Below, piece after piece: positions 12,381 through 25,265 of a stretch of 64,000 nucleotides of DNA. Under the pieces are notes generated by a model, which did not search any database, was not told the origin of the DNA, and worked only from the letters and a program-made list of their open reading frames with translations. The DNA is from Octopus sinensis (lineage: Eukaryota). The DNA lies in NCBI RefSeq assembly GCF_006345805.1, contig NC_043000.1, forward strand, positions 143,716,001 through 143,780,000, written 5' to 3'. The position numbers and the translations under genes are program-made. Within the stretch, counting starts at the first letter, position 1; every line of letters starts with the position of its first letter.

Positions 12381-14070
12381 TGTAAAATACTCCTATTATA
12401 TATTATTTATCACACATATAATGCATTATATATAAGTAAATGTAGAAATAAGCAAGTTCGACAAATGAATATATAAAGTATATTAAATACATTAAATGCA
12501 AGTTATGTGTATATATTTACATACAAAGTGGTTGAAGAAAAGTGTTACAAATCCAAAAGCTTTTTGGGGTACTCGCTGCTCCAAGGCAATATTTATAGAT
12601 GGATTACATCGTAGGATGAGTGAGACGAACATCCATCTCCAGGACACAGATCTTACATCTGAGGATTTGAAGAAAAGAAGTTCAAAGAAGCTCCATCTTC
12701 ACAGTACAAGAATTAATGATTCGTGCGGAATAGACCAAATCACACCAAATACTTTTTATAGTGTCCGTATATATGAAATTAACTCTGGTTATCTTGTTCT
12801 GGCATAGACGCATATAGTGTATAAGAATGAAGTGAAATAATGTGATGATATTTTGAATACTGTTAATAGGTATATTTTAGATCATAGCGCTATATGTGAA
12901 AGGAAATTAGTCTGTCACGCAATACTTTCTTCAGTTAAAACATACGAAAGTAAGGCCAAATAGATGGAATTCATCCTTCAGAAATGGTGAAAACATTCTA
13001 TATCTTACTGGATGAGGAGAGTACGTTGCCAAAGCGGATAGAATATCAAAAGAGAGAGAAATAGAAGTGAAAGAGAGAGAAGGGATGGAGAGGGAGAAAA
13101 ATGACAGAATGTTATTAGTATTGTAGACATGCGAACAGAGGAAGCACGATAGTATTGGAACCTTATGAGAAGAGGAGAAGAGAAACGGCCAACTAAATAA
13201 CTATAAAATCGGAATCTCAAAGGGAATGTATTATGAAAGGATTTTGCAAATATTTGCTTAATTATATTATACGATTCATATGTACAAGATGCCATCAACC
13301 AATTGTATTTGATTCACTATTCTTTAAATGAGTTTTTTTATTTAGCCTTCAAAGAAATACATCTGGAGATCACATTGTTTCATATGTGATACATTAAAAA
13401 ACAAAAACAATCATATTACAACCCATACTTTTCTGAGAATCTAAGTTAATTTAATATATATTTAATCAACGAAAGAATTCTCATATTCATTAATTTGAAC
13501 TTGAAGTCCGGTCGATGAGTCATCTGGACGGAATCCTTGAATGAAATTGAAACTTCTAATGGACTATTTTTCCAAGAAATTCATTAACCGTAATTACCTG
13601 CTTTATGCCATTGATGTCTGAATGAAGCAAAAATTAATGAAGTAACCAATCAATTAATATTCACGTAAAATGCCAAAAATATTCCTAAATTTTAAAACTA
13701 GCATTAAGCATTCATACGATATGATACAGACATTACTAGAGTTACTAGGAATAGTTTGGAATTGCCAAAGTGTGTCACGTTTAAAATTGAGAAACAAATA
13801 TGAAATATGAATGATGGTATCAAGGCAATGAGACCACCGAAATACGGTGTCATGTGTAATTATAGTCAGAAGACGAGGTTGAACAGACACAGACAGCAGG
13901 CAAAACAGACACACACACAGAAAAAACCGAAAGGGATAAGAAGAGACTACTAAAAATTGGGAGGGTATCTATCTTTCTATCTATCTATAATATACACACA
14001 TATATTCATATATATATAGAGAGAGAGGGAGATACATACAATCACACACACACACACACACACTTATATA

Positions 14071-14345
14071 TATTCGTTTACTTGTTTCAGTCATTTGACT
14101 ACTGCCATGCTGAAGTGCGGCCCTCTTTACGATATATGTTTTTATGCCTTTATTCGGGTCGGTCATTAGATGGCATCCAAGATTGACCACTGCTGGGATT
14201 TAGTCGAACAAACCGACTTCAGGACTTATTTCTTAACCCTGGTGCTTATTCGATCGAAATATATTGCTGAGCCGCCATGTTACAGGGACGTAAACATGCC
14301 AAAACCGTTTGTCAACGATGGTGGGCGGCTAAACAGACACAAAGA
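14071..14345 (-). mobile_element. SINE family 2, 3' part
   Basis: tttacttgtttcagtcatttgact...gccatgctg...gggacgtaaacatgccaaaaccg...acagacacaaagacac matches the reverse complement of 47129-47535. Confidence 0.8.
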
Positions 14346-14375
14346 CACACACGCATAGATAAGTACATACATATA

Positions 14376-14487
<112 letters not shown>

Positions 14488-14539
14488 TATATGTACATAT
14501 ACATACATACATACACACACACATATATATAGTAGCTAT

Positions 14540-15200
14540 ACACATGACACAAAAGTATCTCAAATTATACAAAACCTTGGAAAAATTGTGCATCTACAAC
14601 GGGACCTCGACGCAATATCCAGGTGGGATGAGGACAACAACATTCAGTTTAATGTAGTAACATTCCAAGCCCTACGCTACCGACACACAAGGCTGAACGA
14701 CAACCAGACAGTATACACTGGCGCCGGACGAACTGCAAACCCTGAATCAGGATCAATGCGTGATAAGAGCATTGTCATATGCAATGATGCATCTTTCCAG
14801 TTCACTCTCACTAAGTTGGAAATAAAATGGGCACGGCTATCTGGATGGATCCTCCGCACTTTTAAACTGAGAGAAAACGAGATTATGAGAGGCCCTCGGA
14901 GGGCCTATGTCCTCAGCTGATTTGCACTACTGATCGCAACTATGGTTATTACGCAGTATATTAACGTCAGAACTCGAAGCAATCCAACGACGTTACATAA
15001 GGAAAATCGACTCAATGCAGCATATCAGCTACTGGTAAAGGCTGAACGAAGGCAGAACAGATATGAAGTGATATCCATCTGGAAAATCTTGGAAGGCTTT
15101 GTACCAAACTTTGGCATTGAAAGTTACACAAACAGCATAAAGGGGCAGCATTACATGGTTCAGAAGAGCGTACCTCACGGTAGGAAACACTGTTTAGAGC
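14540..15200 (+). mobile_element. CR1/L2-group non-LTR retrotransposon, RT C-terminal fragment
   Basis: ORF 14375-14920 tail HDTKVSQII...[20 protein letters not shown]...[13 protein letters not shown] matches the (FA)DDTK...LQxDLDxIxxWxxxNxMxFN...GWILRTF pattern; continues as ELEAIQRRYIRKI...RYEVISIWKILEGFVPNFGI. Confidence 0.85.
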
Positions 15201-15393
15201 AGCAGTAAGAATCATTCTCATTCAACAAATGCCACATATCAGTGGAAGTTTTAAATTATTGTGTAGCTCAGCAAACGGTGGCGATATACATGTATATAGG
15301 TATGGCTGCCTACAGGGAATGTGTTTACATAAATATATGTGTACATTGATACGAGTATATGTCATGTACAAATAAATCTACATATATATATAT

Positions 15394-15437
<44 letters not shown>

Positions 15438-15457
15438 CTATCATCATATCATGCGTG

Positions 15458-15554
<97 letters not shown>

Positions 15555-16087
15555 CACACACACATGCACTTATACACGTATAAATATCTATAATTCTCAG
15601 AGAATATATCTTTGTACTTTTATATATCTTTGAATGATTTAAGCATTTATTTTAACGGTTTTTAATAATAGATACCTTTTAAAAGTCTCGCTACCGAGAA
15701 GATTTATTATATTACAATGCAGTAATATTCTGAAAACGAGAAGATGTATGATATTTTGAACTCTGCGATGTCTCATATAAGTTACTTTCATCTCTTAGTG
15801 CCATTTAAATGTACTGGCTTTGCATGTCGTTTCAGCATTTTGCCATCCAGCATTAGTACTATTGGCCTTGATCTACGATATAACTATGATGCTATGGATG
15901 TGCATCTTACGCAGTTTGCAAAATGGGTTGGTTTTTATTTTTTATATTTTTCCCCCTTTCTTTCTTCTTTATACATATATACATACGTACACCTATATTT
16001 ATATATATGTGTGCATATATATATATATAGATATATGTTTATATTTATATCTATGTGTGCATACATGTATATATATGGGTGCGTGTG

Positions 16088-16143
<56 letters not shown>

Positions 16144-16207
16144 AATACATATTATATATGTATGCATATATATGTATGTGTGTATACATTATATATAATA
16201 TATATAA

Positions 16208-16243
<36 letters not shown>

Positions 16244-17068
16244 AGATAGATAAATATATACACACACATATATATATATATATATTTGTTCTATGAATAT
16301 CAAAGTAACATACGATTCCTTGAAAATATTAATCGCCATAAGATGAATACTTTAGATTTCGAGATGATTTAATATTTTTATTTTTATTTTCCCTATTCTC
16401 AGTTTCTAACATTGGGATAAAAGATTGCTTTATTTTTTTTTTTAATTCATTATGGAACGTCTTATGCGAGGCGAAACGATTTACTACACTCGAAGCTTTG
16501 TATTGTAGTTAGCCATATTTTTCGATGAATGTGCATATATGTCTCTATATATGCCGGAAATATAGCAACTTCTGATATTTAGAAAACGATAGAATGTATT
16601 CGAGGAGAGAAACAGAAAGAATGAGAAAGGAGACTAATGTAATTCCATACTGTAGATTTATATTAGAACATTAGTATATATAAATGTATTATGATAAATG
16701 AAAATTTTTTTAGAGAGATGTAATATGGCGTATGTAATATATATATGAAGCAAAATAGTAGAACGTAATCATATGCAATTGTACATTCAAGCATATACGT
16801 GTATGCATACACACACACACACACACACATATATATACATACATACATACATGGTGCTTATTCGTATATATACATGCGTGTGTATGCATGTGTGGTCGAA
16901 ATATATATATATATGTGTATATATATATGTATATGTATATGTATATGTATACATATATATATATATATTATATATATATATATATTATATATATATATAT
17001 GTATATATATATATTATATATATATATGCATATGTATATATATACATATATACGCATGTGTATATATA

Positions 17069-17143
<75 letters not shown>

Positions 17144-17158
17144 GTGTATATATATGTA

Positions 17159-17208
<50 letters not shown>

Positions 17209-17588
17209 TATACACATAAGACAGACATATCATCAAACACCTCCTGTAAGTATCGAACTCTGTAAGTGTTGCAAATCGCACTGCACGAACCACTTCATCA
17301 CTACTTTCCGCTACACATTAAATCATTTAACAAAGCAGCTACGGTTATTTAGTAGAGATTTACCATTTCAATTCTCACACTATCAAGTTCATTATAACAT
17401 AGGTACATTTTTACTAGTACAGGGCGTTTAGTACATTGGTATATCATATGAGCGTTGTAAATTATTTTTTTTATTTTAGGTAACTTGTTTGATATTATAC
17501 ATACTCGTCCATATCTGTATAATCTATATTTATTCATCTATTCATCCCAGATGTGAAATTCATTGTAATGAGTATTATCATATAACCG

Positions 17589-17681
<93 letters not shown>

Positions 17682-17793
17682 ATAGATAGATAGATATACA
17701 GTACTTTATATATTTTTATATATGTATATATATGTATATTGTGCATTATATATTTTTATATATGTATATGTATGTATGCATATATATGCATAT

Positions 17794-17837
<44 letters not shown>

Positions 17838-20800
17838 CACAGACACAATTGAAACATAGGATGCGTGCAATATTCAAATGAATAAAATGGAGCTCATAAT
17901 ATTAAAATCTCGATGAAAGTGCTCGATGAAATTGCATAAAAATATTTTGCATATAAGGATGTAAGCCACAGTTTATAATAGCATTGCTTACAGAAGATGA
18001 AACCTGTATAGTATGCGTATGCTCGCACCTAATTAAAAATTGCAATGTTGGATTATACACACGTTTATGTAGACACGTATATTTACGCATTGTTACTTAG
18101 ATATCTATATTTTTATATATGTTTGTGTAATCAGTGTAGGCATGGAAATACATTCACACCTCGCATTAATACACAAAGTGAGACACATTCTTATACAGAA
18201 ACATATATGTATGTATCCATTTGTGACTAGCTATAAACACACACTGTACAAGCACACCCACACACCCATGCACATCTACACACACACTCCGCGCGCACGC
18301 ACAGGACTTGTAACCCATTTATCTGTCTATCAATCTGTGTAACTATCTATTTTATATCTATTTTTATTCATTCTTTCAGATTTTTAAAAATTTTTAAAAA
18401 AATTGAAAAATTCTAAAACTTTTATAACATTTATATCCACGAACCTACATGTCATTTATATGCTTGATCGTTAAATTAGGACAATTATAATTAATTATGC
18501 TTATTACTGAATACTGGACCTCTTTGTACTCTGCTTTCTGTATTGTATTCTCAATTGTTTCACTATATCTTTTATTTCATTTCTCTACTTTATTGTCAGT
18601 TACCCTGTTTTATTTAATTTTACGTTATTCTATTTTTTATGTTTCTCCTTATTTTTTCCTACCTTTAATACTAACTGTTTTACCCTGTTATTTTACTAAG
18701 CACTTATTTATATATAAAGTATATTTGATTTAACTATCATGTGTAATTGCAAAGTGGAATTTATCTGCAGAATGTTATTTTGCAACAACTAAACAAAAAA
18801 CAAAAATTCAACTAACAAATCAGAGTTGTGCTTTAAAGTCATATAACTGGATTCCAATGAGCACAGGAGTCGATGTGATTGACTATACTGGTTCAACTTA
18901 TCATCCCAGTAGGGAACCAATCAGATAATTGTCACAGGCGTTACAAGCAAGGAAGTACAACTTGATGGCATGTACCATGCTTTTGCTAATTATCGAAGGT
19001 GCTTATGTAACATTGTGTACTCACGCACCTTCCATCCATCAGAACATTTACATGATATCTGGAGGCAGAGGAAGATGGAGAGACAGAGTGGAAAAGAAAC
19101 AGGAAGCATAATGGAAATAATAAAGAGAAAACTCTAATTACTTTTCAAAGGAAGCTCTATGTTATTAAATAAGCGATCAGCTATATATTTTTACTCAGTC
19201 ACCTTTAGACTTAATGCGAATGGATTAATTCTTAATTCACTTACACGTTTAGTACTAGCTCAAAATCGCATGTTTGTAAATATAGAACAATCCTCCGTAT
19301 AGTCTTCACTCACTATATTTTCCATAATTCTACAGTATCGTGTGTGTGTGAGTGTGTGTAAGTGTGCTATTCGTTGGATAGCCAATTCATATACTTCCAG
19401 TGGAGGGCCGATTCAACGAGCGTGTTTGGGGAAAACGTCACGCAAACCTCGGCGTCACGGCTAACACAAACTTTACATTAATTTTCACTTTCATTTTATT
19501 CTTAACTCGGATTTCCCTGACCACTAATTGTTCGATTAACATCATTAAACTTCCTTCATAACAATGAGACATAACGAAAGAATAATCAAGATGAAAAAAC
19601 AGCGACCAAGAAGGAACGGGATAATCTTCTAATCCTCCAGGTATTGTTCATCAGGAAATACATATAAAGGGTAGCCTAGATAGTATGGTGCATAGAACCA
19701 GGTAGTAAAATATATAAAAGAAAATAGGTGATGGATTGGAAACTGGCTAAACGTTCTGTTCTATTGAGCAAGATAATAAACAAAGAAGCAGCGGTTATAT
19801 GAGTGTACTAATCTGTGGAAGAGGACATAATGGGCGAGCTTGTTAGAGACGTGTGCAAAAGTAGAATTATAGCGAAGTTTTTTAAAGTTCATGTATAGAG
19901 TGTTAGTGTCTGTGTATAATCGATAGCTGAGTGCTGTGAAAGCAATTTTGTGAGAAAGTAAGAAAGAGTGAACGTGAGAAAAGAAATATAATGGCGAATC
20001 ACATATTTATATATATTTACAATGTAATATTACTCATACCTTTTCTTTGTGCCTATAAGGGCTATAATAAATTTAATAAAGCTCTTTGGGGTGCATTTTA
20101 CTTAAGTTTATCACTTAATTCTATATTGATTATGCTACGTTACAGAATGCTAGACACCCTGTTTGCTGGTTAAATATACCGTGTATATTGGATAATGGAC
20201 TGTATCTAATATCATGAATCTATAGACTACTTAAAGCTGTAGCTTGTTGGTTTAATATTGCTGATGCAAACGTTCTAATGCATTTCCTTATGAATTGTTT
20301 GTGAATGCTGTGAGATTTAGTCATTTAATATATTAGTGTTCATATCATGAATTTGCCATCATTTATATTAGGTAAGTGCATGTTACACTGAGAACACAAT
20401 ACAACTACCCTAAAGAAACTTTCGAGTGCTTTCACATGGATCTTTCTTTATTTTGATTCTCTTATCCACACTGCCAATGTTGAATGCAATAACTCACTGC
20501 CTCATTGACCATTTTTGATGATTCCCTGTACACATTATTTGCTATAGCTTACTTGAACTTTAATTGTTTGTTATCAGTAAATCGTAAATCTATGAATGAT
20601 TCGAGGTAGTAATTTCTGATGTCTGAAATGTGTCATTTGAAAAACGACTGAACAATATATTTCGGTTAGCAATTTATATAATGTTACAGATTTCTGTAAA
20701 GTCGTAAACGAATATAATGTTTTCTTTCCTTGTAATGCATCGTTATAAAGTTTCAAAGTATTACAGATAGTTTTTTTTATAAACTGGACACTCTGTTGCT

Positions 20801-22519
20801 GCTTAAGCAAATAACCAGCCTGAAAAATCCATAACCAACGGCACTACAGATATGATAACATGCTCTTCCGTCCCAAGGTTACCTCATCTGTTATTTGTAT
20901 TTTTTGTACATTCCAACACTATCTTAAGGCTTCTTTCTCCCTTTACGTAATAATAGGTATGCAAGTCCTTTGTGGAGTCTATAAGCACTTAATTATATGT
21001 ATTGACGATTCAATGTAGCTAAAATATATTTCGTCCTGGGGAACATTGAAAACGTGGTAATCGCTAGTATACTTTATTGTACTATCAAATACAGAGATTT
21101 ATTGTGATGGAATATGTGCGTGATACACTCAAAAAGTATCCTGCCCTTTGCAGATATAAAGTTTTGAATACTGTCATCATTTATGAAATTGCGATCAAGA
21201 GATGATACCAGCCACTTGGCAATTTTATGCATTTTCATTGTACTTCAATTACTTTGACTTACTTTATCACTGGCTGTATTGTCTAAGAATGTAGGAATGA
21301 TCCTGATGTGCGCGATACGCTTGCACAATTTGAAAACAAAACTCCTTAGACTAGTATTTGTGACTAGCGAGTAGGTCTGTATGGAATTTAATTCGATGAC
21401 GCCAGATTTAAGGGTCAAATCACCCTGTTGTCGAAGCAGGACATATTGCGCATATTCTACATTGAAATAGCATCGCTTCTATTAAATGCGATCCACAGAA
21501 AATGTTGCAAAACCAGAATTAATCCTCAATTTCTACTCCCGACGACGTTATCGTTCCTTGCGGAAGTGCTGCACATCCTGTCATGGCCACCGTTCCTTTC
21601 TGCTGCTTGAAAATTTTCCGAAATGCAATGACAGGTATTTTATTTTGGTTGTAGAGATATGACTCGTCTGCAACAATGAAATACAAACACTTCCGTAGGT
21701 TTGGCACAAGGAAGATATAGTATTGACAGAAACCTCAATGCTCTTCAACTTTAGCGCACTTCAATAGTTGATGTCATTGGCTGAAGTCATCGGCCTTATT
21801 AATTGTCATTAAATGAACATGATAGCCTGTACCATTCGCCTCTCCAAAAGATTTTCATAAGTTTGTCCTGAAACACCATATTTGCTCGGACCATTTGGTT
21901 AGTTTTTCTTTCAAGTATTTTGTGTACTATAAAGCATTCCTTTCATAATTTCCTAATAAATCTATTGGTTAAATAATTTGGGGATATGTATCACATACGC
22001 TGATGGAATTCGGGGAAATGTGTCCTGTGGTACACAAGACATGGAAATGCTTAAACGAAGTATTTGGTTTTCTTTTTCTCCTTTTATCTCATTATTCTTT
22101 AACTTACCTATATATTTATGAAGGTTGCTAAACAATCGAAAAGCTGCTTTTCCGAAAATATCTGTCAAGTATTCTAATATGTCATTATTCCCATGTCGAC
22201 TAATGAGTTCTTGAAATTTATCCGGTGAAATTATTTCTCGGATTTATTTCGTATCATTTTTGTAATTTTGTCATTAAGTGCTTCTTCGATTTTTCAGTTC
22301 AATAATATACAGGTACAATATTGTTACTTGTTCAAATATAACCGAGGCATTTTCGAATCCGTAAGATACATATTCATAGTATTGTGTCATCATGAAAATT
22401 TTTCACTGTACACAAATATGTGAAAATACACCAAGACAGTTCTCAGCGCCCTGCGTCTGCTTTTCCTCTCTCTGTTTCTGAGGAAGAGATGACCACTACA
22501 AATTGCATGCATGAAACCC

Positions 22520-22900
22520 TCCGTTCATCCTCATGAATCATATGAGAATGTGAAACTTTTATTTCATGTCATTGTATAGGAAAGATACTCATGGAAAATA
22601 TGTAGAGATTTAAAAGTTATTGGAATGTTAAAGGGAATGCAGTAAGGTTTCACATGATATCGTTGTTTTTTGTGTCTACGGAATAGTCGGGCAACTGACA
22701 GACATTATTCGGAATCAAACTGGCAGACAAGAACGTCATACCAGCCAGGACTGTCTTGCGTCAAGAATACACCTCTTGTAGATCCATGTAATGTCCTATG
22801 TCCCCCTTTCCACATAAAGCTTGGAATTTTGAAATAGTTTGTAAATTCGCTAGGGGAGAGATATGCCAGTGCGCTTTAGTAGAAGGGTTTCCCAAAATCA
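22520..22900 (+). mobile_element. DNA-transposase fragment, probably Chapaev-type
   Basis: Hand translation ESYENVKLL...WKICRDLKVIGMLKGMQ*GFT*YRCFLCLRNSRATDRHYSESNW...PGLSCVKNTPLVDPCNVLCPPFHIKLGILK*FVNSL matches the WKICGDLKV...PPLHIKLGLMKQFVKAL motif family. The Chapaev assignment is from recollection. Confidence 0.75.
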
Positions 22901-22951
22901 CACAGAAGTTCTCGGCAGTGCTCGTAACTGTATATTGTGTACATTTAAATA

Positions 22952-22988
<37 letters not shown>

Positions 22989-23699
22989 GGATGCTATTAT
23001 ATATGCATGCATCTACATACATGCTTCCACATACACATACATACACATTCACACACACACGCAAATGTATAATATATACATATATAAATGTATATGTGTG
23101 TGTGTTTGTGTGTGTGTATGCTGTTTGTGAGTTTGTGTGTTACGAATCTTTTCTCATTACGTTAACCTACTAATTTTTGTTTAATACTAACTGTTAATTT
23201 CCGACAAATAATAATTTATTTTTGTTGGTTTTTGCGAATAATTCCATTGACGACAACCTCCTACGTTTATGTAATTGTCATTAACTAATCACATTACTTG
23301 CTTGATTACGTATGGTGTGACCATTAGAATAATTATTTACAAAATATTTGTCAAAAAAGGAAACTCCACACATCGATGTACATTTTTTAATGTCCTTTGT
23401 TATTTAATTTATCGCTAGTGCTTGGCTAGACTTTACTTATATTTTTTGTGGCTAGTTTAACTTTGCAATTAGATAAAAGAATTCCATGAAGTTACAAACT
23501 CAAGGTGTATTATTTTTCATTATGTCAGATGTAGTAAAATTATACCAAAACTGAAAATTATAAACATGTGTAGTGATTACAATAATTGTGTTTCCACATA
23601 AAAGTAAGAATCATATAACGAAAGAAATATATGACTATTGGCTCATCCCATAAATAATTCATCTTTGTTTTACAATTGCAAGAACTAAAAGTCGAGGGG

Positions 23700-24110
23700 A
23701 ACGGGATAAACTTCCTGTTTCAACTTGCTATAAATGCAGATAGTGATCTTACCATGTCTTTATTCTTAGTGAAATTTTGAAGGGTGCAGTTCGATATAAC
23801 ATTTATATTTTCAAAGCTACAATGGAAGTGACAAAGGAACATATTCGGCATATTTTCCTTTATCAGTTCAATAAATGCAACAAGGCAACAGAAAATTCGA
23901 GGAATGTTAATGCAATATATGGGGGTCGGAAAGTAAGCAAAAGCCAGTGTGAACGGTAGTTCTAGAAATTCCGAAACGGAAACTGTCCTGAAAGATCTGT
24001 AGAGCACAACAAGGACGTTCTGCAAACCATGGTGAAGCAAAATACCATCTTAACTGTTGAGAAACTAGCAGAGAATCTTGGATTTGGTCATTCCAGCAGT
24101 CATTCAAGTC
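23700..24110 (+). mobile_element. Mariner transposase 5' fragment (HTH region)
   Basis: ATG at 23822: MEVTKEHIRHIFLYQFNKCNKATENSRNVNAIYGGRKVSKSQCER*F*KFRNGN...VLQTMVKQNTILTVEKLAENLGFGHSS, a typical mariner N-terminus with stops. Confidence 0.88.
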
Positions 24111-24164
24111 AGCGCTAGGAGAATGACCATTTTTAGTTTGGCCGCTTCTAACTGGTTGACCGTG

Positions 24165-24430
24165 TGTTGCGACGAAAAAGGTTCCAGTTAATCAGATCAG
24201 CAGAACAGCCTGCTCGTGACATTAACGTGCAAGTGGCTGAGAATCCTATAGACAAGCGTACCCTTAAAGTAGTTCTCAGGAAGATTCAGCGCCACACAGA
24301 ATGTAACAAGGTTAGGTGAACTGGAGCAATGTGAAATAAACTGTTTGCTCAAGGACAAGGTGCTTTCGGGAATCGAACTCCCGACCTTACAATCGTGAGC
24401 CGAATGCATATAGCTAGTGAGCCACGCGCC
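24165..24430 (-). mobile_element. tRNA-derived SINE family 3
   Basis: Minus strand: ggcgcgtggctcactag...gggagttcgattccc (B box)...ttgtccttgagcaaacagtttatttcacattgctccagt. Related degenerate pieces at ~33760-33830 and 63537-63680. Confidence 0.7.
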
Positions 24431-25218
24431 AATTTGGTTCTGAAACAAACAGCAAAATATAATAGGTCAAGCAAATACTTTTAAATTCTTACATGCCTTA
24501 GCCTTTCTAACTAGGTATTCGATAACGTGTGAAGTGATGCCAATCGATCGGTCTAACACTCTCTATCTCTCTGTCTCTCTCTCTCATACGCACGCACATA
24601 CACACACACAAATACATAAACACATACACACACACGCACACATACACTCGTAATATTTTGCTTTTCCTTTGCTACGTGGTGCGGAAACCTGTTTTTTTAT
24701 TCAAAATTTGGGCAATTTGGAGGCCAAGTAAAAGGGCTAGCATGGAACCCTATATACGACATGTTGACAAAGACAACTATGTATATAATGAAAGAGAGAG
24801 AGAGGGGGGAGAGAAAGTAAGAAAGATGGAGAAAGAAAGAAAGAGAAAGGGACACAGAAAGAAAGAGAAAGGGACAAAGAGAAGCAGTGAAACAGAAAGA
24901 GAGAGAGAGACACTTTGGAGAGAAAGCATCGAGTAATTTCCTGTGACATTCGGTGCTCAGAGTTTATATTACAAATAATGATTCATTGACTTTGATCATT
25001 TGGGTGGGATATATACATTGACACACCACACAGACACACACACATATACACACAGAGGTACACGCACACAGACATACACATACACACATATACATATATG
25101 TATACATTGATATATATGTATATATACATCTATATACATATATAGGCATATGCATCGATATGTACAGTCATATATCCTTATACATGTGTACACAGAACAC
25201 ATATATAACCATATACAA

Positions 25219-25265
<47 letters not shown>

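Noticed and set aside
17250-17340. TGATGAAGTG...CACTT on the minus strand
   Set aside because: Lacks the initial C and the GAAA half of the hammerhead core.
20400-21000. Possible decayed Sola/Transib-like transposase on the minus strand (YLLKQQ, DFTE)
   Set aside because: Only scattered short motifs needing several frameshifts; not supportable without a search.
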